Origin: an uncultured Candidatus Saccharibacteria bacterium
GTDB lineage: Bacteria > Patescibacteriota > Minisyncoccia > Phycocordibacterales > SBAW01
DNA: 64,000 bases
Assembly: GCA_964615415.1 (NCBI GenBank)
Contig: CAZTNI010000003.1
Location: 143,235-207,234 of the forward strand
Reading direction: 5' to 3'
The notes below the pieces were generated by a model. The model searched no databases. It saw only the letters and a program-made list of their open reading frames with translations, and was not told the DNA's origin. The position numbers and the translations under genes were made by a program. This document shows, piece by piece, positions 45,649-54,613 of this stretch (within the stretch, counting starts at the first letter, position 1; each line of letters starts with the position of its first letter).

Positions 45649-46776
45649 ATGAAAATACTTTTTACAGGAGGAGTTACCGGCGGACATTTCTACCCAATTA
45701 TTGCTGTTGCAGAAGCGGTGCATGACGTGGTGCGCGAAAAGAAGTTACTTGATCCGACGCTCTATTTTGCGGCTCCCGACCCGTACGACCGCGAGCTCTT
45801 GCTTGCAAACTCAATTACGTTTGTTCCCACTGCAGCAGGGAAGACGCGCCGCTACTTCTCCATCCTTAACTTTTTTGATGTATTTAAAACTGCGTGGGGG
45901 GTGTTCCGCGCAGTTATACGTATTTTCTTTCTCTATCCGGACGTGGTGTTTGGTAAAGGAGGCTACGCGAGCTTTCCGACCTTGCTTGCTGCGCGCCTGT
46001 TCCGGATCCCGGTTGTTATACACGAGTCCGATGCAGTGCCAGGGCGCGTAAACGCTTGGGCAGGGAAGTTTGCGGTAAAAATCGCAGTGTCATTCCCTGA
46101 GGCGGCTGCCTATTTTCCAAAAGAGAAGGTTGCATTTACGGGGAATCCGGTACGCCGTGCAGCACTCTTGCCCTCGCGCGAAGGAGCGCATGAATACCTG
46201 CAGTTAAAACACGAGCTCCCTGTGCTTTTGGTGCTTGGTGGTTCGCAAGGCGCGCAAGCAATTAACGATGCGATCCTCTCCGCACTTCCTGCGCTAGTAG
46301 AGAAGTACCAGATAGTGCATCAAACAGGTGCAAGTAATTTTGCTGATGTATCTGGCAGGGCGAAACTGATCCTCCAAGATTCTCCCTACGCCGAGCGCTA
46401 TAAACCATTTGGCTACCTGAATGACCTTGCGATGCGCATGAGTGCAGGCGCAACGGCGCTGGTTATTTCGCGCGCTGGGTCAACTATTTTCGAAGTTGCT
46501 GCGTGGGGTGTACCGTCTATCATGATTCCACTTCCTGGAAGTGCAGGTGATCATCAGACACAAAATGCATATTCGTATGCTCGTGCAGGTGCGGCAGTAG
46601 TTGTAGACCAAAATAACCTAACTCCGGGCCTCCTGGTAGCAGAAGTGAACCGTATTTTGAGCGATGAAACGCTCGTTCGTAAGATGGGGGAGGCGGCGCG
46701 CAGCTTCTCTCGCCCTGACGCAGCAAAGGTAATAGCCACAGCACTCCTCGACATAGCCCTCTCGCACGAATCCTAA
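45649..46776 (+). CDS. murG: UDP-GlcNAc:undecaprenyl-PP-MurNAc-pentapeptide GlcNAc transferase
   Basis: The N-terminus has GGTGGH and a GT28 fold. Confidence 0.9.
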   Translation: MKILFTGGVTGGHFYPIIAVAEAVHDVVREKKLLDPTLYFAAPDPYDRELLLANSITFVPTAAGKTRRYFSILNFFDVFKTAWGVFRAVIRIFFLYPDVVFGKGGYASFPTLLAARLFRIPVVIHESDAVPGRVNAWAGKFAVKIAVSFPEAAAYFPKEKVAFTGNPVRRAALLPSREGAHEYLQLKHELPVLLVLGGSQGAQAINDAILSALPALVEKYQIVHQTGASNFADVSGRAKLILQDSPYAERYKPFGYLNDLAMRMSAGATALVISRAGSTIFEVAAWGVPSIMIPLPGSAGDHQTQNAYSYARAGAAVVVDQNNLTPGLLVAEVNRILSDETLVRKMGEAARSFSRPDAAKVIATALLDIALSHES

Positions 46777-46798
46777 TATTTGCTACAGTAGGGCCTAT

Positions 46799-48115
46799 AT
46801 GGCAGGTATCGTTACTCGGTTTGCCCCGAGCCCTACAGGGTTCCTTCATGGCGGCAATTATCGTACTGCAGTGTTTGCATACCTCTTGGCAAAGAAGGAA
46901 GGGGGAAAGTTTATTTTGCGTATAGAAGACACCGACCGTGAGCGTTCTAAAAAAGAATACGAGGACAATATCCACGAGACTATTGCCTGGTTGGGGCTTT
47001 CGCCAGACGAAACGTATCGTCAAAGTGAGAACGCGCCGCGCCACACAGAACTGATCCGCAAGCTAATTGCTGAAGATAAGGCGTACGTATCAAAAGAAAC
47101 GCCAAAAGAGCCGGGTGATCGTGCAGAAGTGATCCGCTTTCGTAATCCAAAAAGAATAGTGACGTTTACCGACAGTATCCGTGGCGACATTAGCATGGAC
47201 ACCACAGACCTGGGCGACTTTGTCATTGCGCGCTCAGAAACCGAACCGGTATTCCACTTTGCAGTGGTGGTAGACGACGCAGACGAAGGCGTCACGCATG
47301 TCATCCGCGGCGAGGATCATATTTCCAATACGCCGCGGCAAATTCTTATCGGCGAGGCGCTGGGTTTTGCAATCCCGACTTACGCGCATCTTCCTTTGGT
47401 GTTAAGTACCGACCGCACCAAGCTTTCAAAACGCAAAGGTGCAAAAGCACTGACACAGTACAGAGATGAGGGGTATATGCCCGAAGCGATGATCAACTAC
47501 CTTGCGCTCTTGGGCTGGCATCCGGAAGGGGAGCAGGAAGTATTTTCTGTTGCAGAATTGTTGAAGATTTTCTCTCTTGATCGGATTCAAAAATCATCCG
47601 GTGTATTCGATGAAGTGAAACTACGTTGGTGTAATGCGGAACATTTGAAAAAACTTTCTGATGAAGCATTTCTTGCTACGTTAACGTCTTACATGGGCCC
47701 GCTTCCTCCGTATGCGACACAGATTGTCCGTTTGTTGCGTGAACGCTCGCAAACTTTGGGCGATGCGAAGCAGGCTATTACAGGAGGGGAGTACGCGTTC
47801 CTCGGAGACACCGTTGTCGTCACTAAAGAATTACTTTTGAAGGGTGCAAAAGCAGAAGCGGGGGATGTGGCCAACTACCTTAAAGCAGTTGAGGCGAAGC
47901 TCTCGACTATTGCTGATGAAGACTTCACCATGGAGAATGTAAAAGAAGCTATTTTCCCATACGCCACCGAAGTAGGGAGGAGCGGAGTGCTGTGGCCTAT
48001 GCGGGTAGCTCTCTCTGGGTTAGAAAAATCACCTGATCCCTTCACCCTTGCGGGGCTTATAGGTAAAAACAAAACAGTACAGCGAATTGCTGAGGCTCGC
48101 GCTGTGTTAGAGTAA
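46799..48115 (+). CDS. gltX: Glutamyl-tRNA synthetase (short, 438 aa)
   Basis: The class I motifs are HIGH-like FLHGGNYRTA and KLSKR. Confidence 0.85.
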   Translation: MAGIVTRFAPSPTGFLHGGNYRTAVFAYLLAKKEGGKFILRIEDTDRERSKKEYEDNIHETIAWLGLSPDETYRQSENAPRHTELIRKLIAEDKAYVSKETPKEPGDRAEVIRFRNPKRIVTFTDSIRGDISMDTTDLGDFVIARSETEPVFHFAVVVDDADEGVTHVIRGEDHISNTPRQILIGEALGFAIPTYAHLPLVLSTDRTKLSKRKGAKALTQYRDEGYMPEAMINYLALLGWHPEGEQEVFSVAELLKIFSLDRIQKSSGVFDEVKLRWCNAEHLKKLSDEAFLATLTSYMGPLPPYATQIVRLLRERSQTLGDAKQAITGGEYAFLGDTVVVTKELLLKGAKAEAGDVANYLKAVEAKLSTIADEDFTMENVKEAIFPYATEVGRSGVLWPMRVALSGLEKSPDPFTLAGLIGKNKTVQRIAEARAVLE

Positions 48116-48119
48116 ATGG

Positions 48120-49391
48120 ATGGGGAGTATCATCCGCAGTACTCTTAGTGTGCTCTTTATTGGTTCCCTTTGTATTGTGGGGGGAGTTGGCTTCGTGCGA
48201 GCACAAAGTGCTGAGGAACTCCAGACACAGATCAGTGAAAACAATAAGCAAATCGAACAGCTCAAAGCAGAAATCGCCAAACTCCAAAGCGACCTGAATG
48301 CGACTAGTAAACAAAAACAAACACTGCAAACGGCAGTAACCGAACTTAACCTCAATATTCAAAAACTCACCAAGAGTATTACGCTAACGCAAGCAGAAAT
48401 AAAAGAAAAAGATAGAGAAATTAGCAACCTTTCGGGAAGTATTTCAGAAACCTCCGAGAGGATAGGTCGTTCCCAAGACCAGGTAGGGAATTCGCTGCGC
48501 CAGCTTGATATGGCCGATACGCAACCGCAGGTGTTGACCTTACTAACAGGTGGCACACTCTCGCAGTTTTTTGACGAAGCGGCAAACCTTACGGCGCTTC
48601 GTATAGAACTCGAGAACAAGATCCGCGAACTCTCGACCTTAAAGGAGGAGTATCAAACGGATAAAGATGTTGCAGAAGAAAAACGTGCCGAACTTGCCGG
48701 CCTGCAGCGACAACTGAATGAGCAAAAGCAGGGGCTCGCCATATCGCGTGATGAACAGAATAAACTCCTGACTGAAACAAAAAACAAAGAGTCTACGTAC
48801 CAGGCGCAGATCGCACAAAAACAAGCCGAGCAAAAAGCATTCGAAGCAGCGCTCTTTGACCTTGCATCGAAGTTGGAGTACGTACTCGATCCAAGCAAGA
48901 TCCCAGGTGCGCGCGGCGGTGTATTGCAGTGGCCGCTCGACAATGTACTGGTGACGCAACAGTTCGGGAGAACAGCCGACTCCGGCCGTCTGTACACATC
49001 CGGAACGCACGACGGTATCGACTTCCGCGCAAGTGTAGGCACCCCGGTACGCGCGTCGCTTGGTGGTACGGTGTACGAAGTGAACCATGGCGCAGCGCCG
49101 AATTGTCAGTACGGTAAGTGGGTGATCGTTAAACATCCAAACGGTCTTGCGACACTCTACGCCCACCTCTCCAACATTAACGTCGGCAAAGGACAAACGG
49201 TCGCAACAGGGCAGGTTCTAGGTTATAGCGGTTCAACAGGCTATGCGACGGGGCCGCACTTGCACTTTACAGTGTATGTTGCGGAAGCGCTTTCCTTAAA
49301 GCAATACACCTGCAAGAGCGGGGCAGTGGTAACAGTGCCTATTGCGCCACTTAATGCATACCTCAACCCGCTCGACTACTTACCGCGGTAA
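48120..49391 (+). CDS. M23 family peptidase with an N-terminal coiled coil (EnvC/LytM-like murein hydrolase or activator)
   Basis: A signal peptide is followed by a long coiled coil and a C-terminal M23 domain (GIDFRA...HLHFTVY). Confidence 0.85.
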   Translation: MGSIIRSTLSVLFIGSLCIVGGVGFVRAQSAEELQTQISENNKQIEQLKAEIAKLQSDLNATSKQKQTLQTAVTELNLNIQKLTKSITLTQAEIKEKDREISNLSGSISETSERIGRSQDQVGNSLRQLDMADTQPQVLTLLTGGTLSQFFDEAANLTALRIELENKIRELSTLKEEYQTDKDVAEEKRAELAGLQRQLNEQKQGLAISRDEQNKLLTETKNKESTYQAQIAQKQAEQKAFEAALFDLASKLEYVLDPSKIPGARGGVLQWPLDNVLVTQQFGRTADSGRLYTSGTHDGIDFRASVGTPVRASLGGTVYEVNHGAAPNCQYGKWVIVKHPNGLATLYAHLSNINVGKGQTVATGQVLGYSGSTGYATGPHLHFTVYVAEALSLKQYTCKSGAVVTVPIAPLNAYLNPLDYLPR

Positions 49392-49512
49392 ATTTATCCC
49401 CACCCTTCCTTTTATTGCAGCTGTTAAACGTCTCTTAATGCTTCATACTTATGAGTAGCGGTGGGGTCGAGCCGTGGGTTATTTTCCCGCTATTTCGTAC
49501 TACTTTATATTT

Positions 49513-49725
49513 ATGAAACTTCTCCAAACTCTCGCATTTATTCTTGTTATTGTCGGTGGTCTTAACTGGGGTCTTGTAGGCCTCGGTGGCTTTACGGGCA
49601 ATAATTGGAATGTTGTGAACATGATCCTCGGAGCATGGCCTCAGGTAGAGTGGCTTGTCTACGTCCTCGTAGGCCTCTCTGCTGTGTGGATGCTCGTGTC
49701 TTTAAAGGGCAAGATGAGCATGTAA
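49513..49725 (+). CDS. DUF378 family small membrane protein
   Basis: The GGLNWGLVGLGGF motif and two TM helices are present. A terminator lies at 49745-49780. Confidence 0.65.
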   Translation: MKLLQTLAFILVIVGGLNWGLVGLGGFTGNNWNVVNMILGAWPQVEWLVYVLVGLSAVWMLVSLKGKMSM

Positions 49726-49796
49726 TCCAGCTGTGCGAGAAAGGCCGCTTTCGCTATTTCAGCGAAGCGGTTTTTCGTTTATACTAGAGTCTTCAT

Positions 49797-50525
49797 ATGT
49801 CGCATGCAGTTGCAGTGAAAGACCTTCGCAAAACCTATAGTGGTGGCGTAGAGGCACTGAAGGGAATATCTCTCACTATTGAAGAGGGAGACTTTTTTGC
49901 ACTCTTGGGGCAAAACGGGGCAGGGAAGACCACGCTTATTAACATCCTTACCACCCTGGTTACGAAAACAAGCGGGGAGGCACGCATCTATGGTTTTTCT
50001 ATCGACCAGGAGCCAGAAAAGGCGAAACTCCATGTCGGTGTGGTGCCGCAGGAATTCAACTTTAATATTTTTGAAAAAGTACTCGACATCGTGGTAACCC
50101 AAGCAGGGTACTACGGCATCCCGCGCAAAGAGGCACTCGTACGTGCAGAGCAAATTTTAAAAGACCTCGGGCTCTGGGAAAAACGTGCAACAAAAGCCCA
50201 AGCGCTCTCCGGTGGTATGAAGCGTCGCCTGATGATCGCTCGCGCGCTCATTCATAAACCCTCACTTCTTATCCTCGACGAGCCAACAGCGGGGGTGGAC
50301 GTAGAATTGCGTCGCAGTATGTGGGAGTATCTCCGTAAAGTTAATAGCGGAGGGACGACCATCATCCTTACGACGCACTACCTCGAAGAGGCAGAAGCGC
50401 TGTGCCGCAATGTTGCCATGATCAAAAAAGGGGAGATCGTGGTGAACGAAAGTATGCAGTCCCTCTTGAGGCGTCATGGCGAGCGCAAGTTGGAAGATAT
50501 TTTTATGGAGCTCGTACAAAACTAA
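49797..50525 (+). CDS. ABC transporter ATP-binding protein (ABC-2 type)
   Basis: It has Walker A GQNGAGKTT, the signature LSGGMKRR and Walker B LILDEPT. Confidence 0.9.
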   Translation: MSHAVAVKDLRKTYSGGVEALKGISLTIEEGDFFALLGQNGAGKTTLINILTTLVTKTSGEARIYGFSIDQEPEKAKLHVGVVPQEFNFNIFEKVLDIVVTQAGYYGIPRKEALVRAEQILKDLGLWEKRATKAQALSGGMKRRLMIARALIHKPSLLILDEPTAGVDVELRRSMWEYLRKVNSGGTTIILTTHYLEEAEALCRNVAMIKKGEIVVNESMQSLLRRHGERKLEDIFMELVQN

Positions 50526-50527
50526 GT

Positions 50528-51301
50528 ATGCCAACATCAGGAATCATGACCGCGTTCTATACGATGATGCGCAAAGAAATAGTGCGTATTTTGCGCATTT
50601 GGTCGCAGACGTTGTTGCCGCCAGTCATAACCACATCGCTTTATTTTATTGTTTTTGGTGCCTTCATTGGTTCCCAAATAGCGCCTATACACGGTGTCTC
50701 GTACATTCAGTTTATCGTCCCGGGCCTCATCATGATGAGTATTATTACGAGTGCCTACAGTAACGCAGTGTTTTCTGCATATTTTGCAAAATTTACCCGC
50801 ACGATAGAAGAGCTTTTGGTGTCGCCGATGCCAAACTGGATAATCATTGCCGGTTTTGTTGGTGGTGGCATTATGCGTGGGTTCTTGGTGGGGGTGTTGG
50901 TGCTCGTGGTGTCGCTATTGTTTACCCATCTTGCAGTTGCAAACATCCTGGTTATCGTCGCGGCTCTTATCCTTACAGCAATACTGTTTTCGTTTGCAGG
51001 GCTTCTCAACGGGGTGTTTGCAAAGTCGTTTGATGCGGTCGGTATTGTGCCAACGTTCGTCTTAACCCCGCTGACGTACCTAGGCGGTGTCTTCTATTCA
51101 ATAGAGCAACTCCCGCCGTTTTGGCAGACCGTCTCTTTGTTCAACCCTATCCTCTACATGGTAAACGCATTCCGCTACGGCTTCCTTGGCACCTCGGACA
51201 TTCCGCTCTGGATCTGTTTTACCGTGCTTACAGGACTCACTGTATTCTTTAGCATTCTTACGATAGTGATCTTCAAAAGGGGAATGGGGTTAAAGAATTA
51301 A
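50528..51301 (+). CDS. ABC-2 type transporter permease
   Basis: It has 6 TM helices and an ABC-2 family pattern. The ATG lies 3 nt after the ATPase stop. Confidence 0.8.
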   Translation: MPTSGIMTAFYTMMRKEIVRILRIWSQTLLPPVITTSLYFIVFGAFIGSQIAPIHGVSYIQFIVPGLIMMSIITSAYSNAVFSAYFAKFTRTIEELLVSPMPNWIIIAGFVGGGIMRGFLVGVLVLVVSLLFTHLAVANILVIVAALILTAILFSFAGLLNGVFAKSFDAVGIVPTFVLTPLTYLGGVFYSIEQLPPFWQTVSLFNPILYMVNAFRYGFLGTSDIPLWICFTVLTGLTVFFSILTIVIFKRGMGLKN

Positions 51302-51366
51302 AGGTGTTGAATATCCCTACCCTGCAGTATCTTGATTCAAACCTGCGTAGTGCTATATTAGTGACG

Positions 51367-51723
51367 GCAGAACCTTTGTTCAGGAAGTCGGGTAATTCCG
51401 ATACTCCTGAAAATGTGGAACCTACAGCCGGTCTATAAGACCCGCCTAGTTCGACCTCTTGCACAGGCACGATAGAATTTGGAGTCCGGAATAAGCTACG
51501 GATCACTGACCGCTAAGTCAGCCCACACCTTTCTGCGGAAAGGGCTCCGACCTCGCAAGAGAATATCGGAGAGAGTTAATACCGGATACGTCCCAAAAGG
51601 AGAAAGATTGATTTCGCTCCAGATAGGGCCGGATGAACATCTTAGTGCGTGGGGTAATGGCCCACACAGCAGTTCATCAGTTCTGCCACGCGCGCTCCTT
51701 CGGGGGCGCGCTTTTCTTTTTCC
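51367..51723 (+). ncRNA. Unclassified structured ncRNA (about 355 nt) with a promoter (TTGATT-16-TATATT) and terminator; the TSS-proximal 7 nt pair with the 7 nt just before the terminator (RNase P P1-like / tRNA-acceptor-like)
   Basis: There is no ORF. The 5' GCAGAAC (51367-73) is perfectly complementary to GTTCTGC (51680-86). Internal hairpins include CAGGAAGTCGG...CCGATACTCCTG and GGTCT-ATA-AGACC. Short matches to the RNase P-like strings GGAAAGGGCTCC and GAGTCCGG appear, but I could not confirm P4 pairing. The terminator lies at 51688-51723. Confidence 0.4.
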
Positions 51724-52354
51724 AATTCTGCATTTTTAATAACTCGCGCTCGAGTTTTGTGGCGCGGCGGAGATTCTTTAACGGTGATGCAGGTGCGACA
51801 GGGAAGTGGGGCGAGTCGTCTAACTTTTCTGCCAGCCAATCGAGCGGATCTTCAGTAGTCACCCACTGCTCTGCTTTAAATTTTGATAAGTGGAATGGTT
51901 TCGAGTAGGCGAGCATAGTCTTTTTTCCATTTGCTAAAAAGTATTCGTGGAAATAACTCATCGCAAGTTCGCGTACCGTTTTGTATACCGGGTCGCGATA
52001 GCGAAGGACAGGGTTGTTGGTCTTGCTGAGTGCGCCCCAGCGATCGCCTTCTTTAAAAAGCGCGACGACATGGTCAAAGTCATCATCACTGGTTTGTATA
52101 TCCAGGAGTAGCGGCTCCCTGCCATGGTAGGCGAGGGAAGCGGCAGCAAATACTGCACCCTCAAAACAATAGGCAGATTTTTTCTGCAACATACGTCGCG
52201 GGCTGCGAAAGGTCTCTGCCCTACTAAAGTGAAAATTTTGGGGGAGGGCTTCAAGGTAGTCTTGAATCTTGTGTGGAGTATTTAATTTTTTAAAAACCGC
52301 GTGCTCGGAGGGGGAGAGAAGTGATCGGAAATTATTCCGGTACTGAATATTCAT
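51677..52354 (-). CDS. Hypothetical protein (225 aa)
   Basis: It is a long ORF. Its 3' end overlaps the terminator of the convergent ncRNA. I recognised no family. Confidence 0.5.
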   Translation of the reverse strand: MNIQYRNNFRSLLSPSEHAVFKKLNTPHKIQDYLEALPQNFHFSRAETFRSPRRMLQKKSAYCFEGAVFAAASLAYHGREPLLLDIQTSDDDFDHVVALFKEGDRWGALSKTNNPVLRYRDPVYKTVRELAMSYFHEYFLANGKKTMLAYSKPFHLSKFKAEQWVTTEDPLDWLAEKLDDSPHFPVAPASPLKNLRRATKLERELLKMQNWKKKSAPPKERAWQN

Positions 52355-52424
52355 TCCGTTCAGTATAACAACGTATAAAAAGAAAACCGCCCGACTTCAA
52401 GCCGGGACGGCTTTCGATGGGCGG

Positions 52425-52838
52425 TCAGATGTTCAGCGTCGCCACGATGGAGTCGAAGTTTCCCAGAGTAGCTTCCGTCCTCTGAAGGGAGGCCTTCGCA
52501 TCCTCGACGGTTTCTTGGAGTCTTCTCCTGCGCTGCTCCAGGTACGCTTTGACCTCAGCAGGTTCGACAAGGCGCATGGTCTGGCGACTTTCCGGAGAAT
52601 TCTTGGAGATAGAGAACTCGTACCAATCGAATTGCTCTATCATGTCGTCGAGCGAACGAACGCGGAAGCGCTTCCTCTTGTTGTTGACATTCGTGATGAT
52701 CGCGGGGCAATTCCACCTGCCGCCGCTTGTGAAGCCGTTGTACCACAGCAGCCGGCCGACCTCGATGTGTTCGGCCAGAAGTGGGCGCTCGATGACAACA
52801 GGTTCTCCAGAAATTCCGTCCTGAATGGTAATGCTCAC
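52425..52838 (-). CDS. Hypothetical protein (138 aa, GTG start with an AGGAG RBS)
   Basis: The RBS AGGAGAACGAAGGTG is present, along with an upstream TTGACA/TATATT promoter and a downstream imperfect terminator at about 52381-52420. The C-terminus is a coiled coil. Confidence 0.5.
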   Translation of the reverse strand: MSITIQDGISGEPVVIERPLLAEHIEVGRLLWYNGFTSGGRWNCPAIITNVNNKRKRFRVRSLDDMIEQFDWYEFSISKNSPESRQTMRLVEPAEVKAYLEQRRRRLQETVEDAKASLQRTEATLGNFDSIVATLNI

Positions 52839-53264
52839 CTTCGTTCTCCTTTCCCGGATCAAAAATGGGACTGTAACCAAAAAAACAATATAACACCTAA
52901 AGATAAATGTCAATGCATATTAAACCCTGGCAGGGGAGCAGGTAGGGAGTTTATACCCTTCAAAAAATGGACCTACTTCCCCGTTAAAAATCAAAAAACC
53001 GGGGGAGGGGTTTGGAAGAGGATTTTTAAATGGGTACATAAAAAAGAAAGCTCTAAATTTTTTAAAAGTTCTGTGGCCGGGGTAGGGAGGGAGATAAAAA
53101 TTCAATCCGGTACAAACTTCATGCAGGCTTATTTAGGCAGGGCGCTCGAGAGTATATACGTCGCACAATATATCTTTTGCGACGTATAGGCGCCCCTGGA
53201 GAGTAAATAAAAGCCGCCCTGGTCTGGGCGGCTACACAGTCTCTTCCCTGTGGGTTTGGAGTTT

Positions 53265-53642
53265 TTATGCAGCTTCTTGGACTGGCTCTACCTTAACCCC
53301 TTTCAGGCCCTTGTCACTGAAATGCTTCGAAGCTTCTTCTTCTGACATGTGTACCGGCACTACGACCGTCTCGTACGTACCGCCTTGGCCGCCTTCACCA
53401 TGCACTTTAACCCAGGCGAGCAGTTTGCCGTCCTGGTGGTACTCGGCTCGCGTAAGTTCGCGGTTAAATTGTACGCGTACTGGCGCATGTCCTGGGACGG
53501 ACAATTCTGCAGCAATCTGGTTCAAAATGCCGCGCGTGCGGAGCTCGCCGATATACGTGCCGCCGCTCCCGAACCACGGGTCGACCATTTTTGCTGTGGC
53601 GGCAGGTACTCGCAGCAACCGTCTCCATAAAGAACCAAGCAT
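53265..53642 (-). CDS. Hypothetical protein (125 aa), GC-rich
   Basis: It has an AGGAAA RBS. A terminator lies at 53205-53234 (minus strand). Confidence 0.45.
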   Translation of the reverse strand: MLGSLWRRLLRVPAATAKMVDPWFGSGGTYIGELRTRGILNQIAAELSVPGHAPVRVQFNRELTRAEYHQDGKLLAWVKVHGEGGQGGTYETVVVPVHMSEEEASKHFSDKGLKGVKVEPVQEAA

Positions 53643-53778
53643 GGGCGTTTTCCTCTGTTTGGATTACCGGAAGGCAGCATACCAAAGTGTCGTGTAAAGG
53701 GAAGTCACTTCCCTTTTATATACGCAAAACCGCCCGGATTTTTGGTCCGGGCGGTTTTGGTTTTAATACTAGTGAGAA

Positions 53779-54216
53779 TTACTTCTTAGCGAAGTGATCC
53801 TTAGCTGCCTCAGTTTTACCCCAACAGTTTTTAGACTTCATATCGGCCTCCCAAGGTTTAGTACCTTGTTTGTCGTACAAGTAACGTGCGTAGGCAACGT
53901 TACCCTGGAGGCTGTAGACGTCGAGACCGAGCTTCTCTTCTGCAAAGTCTGCATGGATCGAAGCCATGATCTGGAATACACCTACTGCGGAGCTACCTGG
54001 GTTTTTAAGGACCTGGCCGTTCTTATTGAACTGGCGGAACTGCGACTCACACTTTGCGACCTCGATCATAACCGGAATGTCGGCAAAGTACTCAGTAACG
54101 TACTCCTCAACGGTCTGTGCTGCAGGTATTGAGAGGCCAACTGCTGCAGTAGAATCCGAGGAATTTACTCCAAGGACCGCAGAGAGCGCCAGAGCGACAC
54201 CAACAGTGAAAGACAT
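53779..54216 (-). CDS. Secreted transglycosylase-like (Rpf/lysozyme-like) domain protein
   Basis: A signal peptide is followed by KCESQF...GVFQI...YARYLY...PW...CW, matching the transglycosylase-like (Rpf) domain pattern. A TTGACC-17-TATCAT promoter lies upstream. Confidence 0.6.
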   Translation of the reverse strand: MSFTVGVALALSAVLGVNSSDSTAAVGLSIPAAQTVEEYVTEYFADIPVMIEVAKCESQFRQFNKNGQVLKNPGSSAVGVFQIMASIHADFAEEKLGLDVYSLQGNVAYARYLYDKQGTKPWEADMKSKNCWGKTEAAKDHFAKK

Positions 54217-54390
54217 AAATGAATAGGCATAACCTTAATGACTAAGCAGAAACAAAAAAGCTCCGGGCTCGACAGCCCAGAGATAACATAATGATAGCAT
54301 CATTTTGTCAATAGGTCAATGGATACCCCTTGACAAAAAAGAGGGGTCCCCGGATGAGCCGAGAACCCCATATTTGACAACCTTGCCTGC

Positions 54391-54612
54391 CTATGGCGAG
54401 GCCGTTTGAGCCTTCCTTTTCCATTCAATACCGCGCAGGTATCCCGTCAGGAGCGCGATTCGCTGAGTACGGTCCAGGTCTGCTCCCCATATATGCACAC
54501 TCTGAGCGGATACGCCCATCTTCCCCAACCGTATACCGAGTCGGAAATGAGCCCGCATTTGGCGTAAGAGAATCTTGCGCCGCTCTGCTATGCGTCGAGT
54601 TAGCCACCGCAT
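54391..54612 (-). CDS. Small HTH protein (73 aa) with an IS3/OrfA-type HTH signature (LGKMGVSAQSVHIW), translationally coupled to the upstream gene
   Basis: A GGAGG RBS sits 7 nt before the ATG. The ATG lies 1 nt after the upstream stop (TAAcATG). A terminator lies at about 54335-54370. Confidence 0.5.
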   Translation of the reverse strand: MRWLTRRIAERRKILLRQMRAHFRLGIRLGKMGVSAQSVHIWGADLDRTQRIALLTGYLRGIEWKRKAQTASP

Positions 54613-54613
54613 G

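Noticed and set aside
51367-51723. Calling this RNA tmRNA on the basis of GGAAGUCGGG resembling the tmRNA GGAUUCGACGGG and a GUGGG-loop7-CCCAC T-arm-like hairpin
   Set aside because: There is a 14-nt gap between the hairpin and the 3' acceptor strand, no CCA or tag ORF, and no T-loop consensus. It is left unclassified.
52515-53189. 224-aa plus-strand ORF
   Set aside because: The first part is antisense to gene 52425-52838. The rest runs through a G-tract/AT-rich intergenic region, and it has a low-complexity Gly/Lys product.
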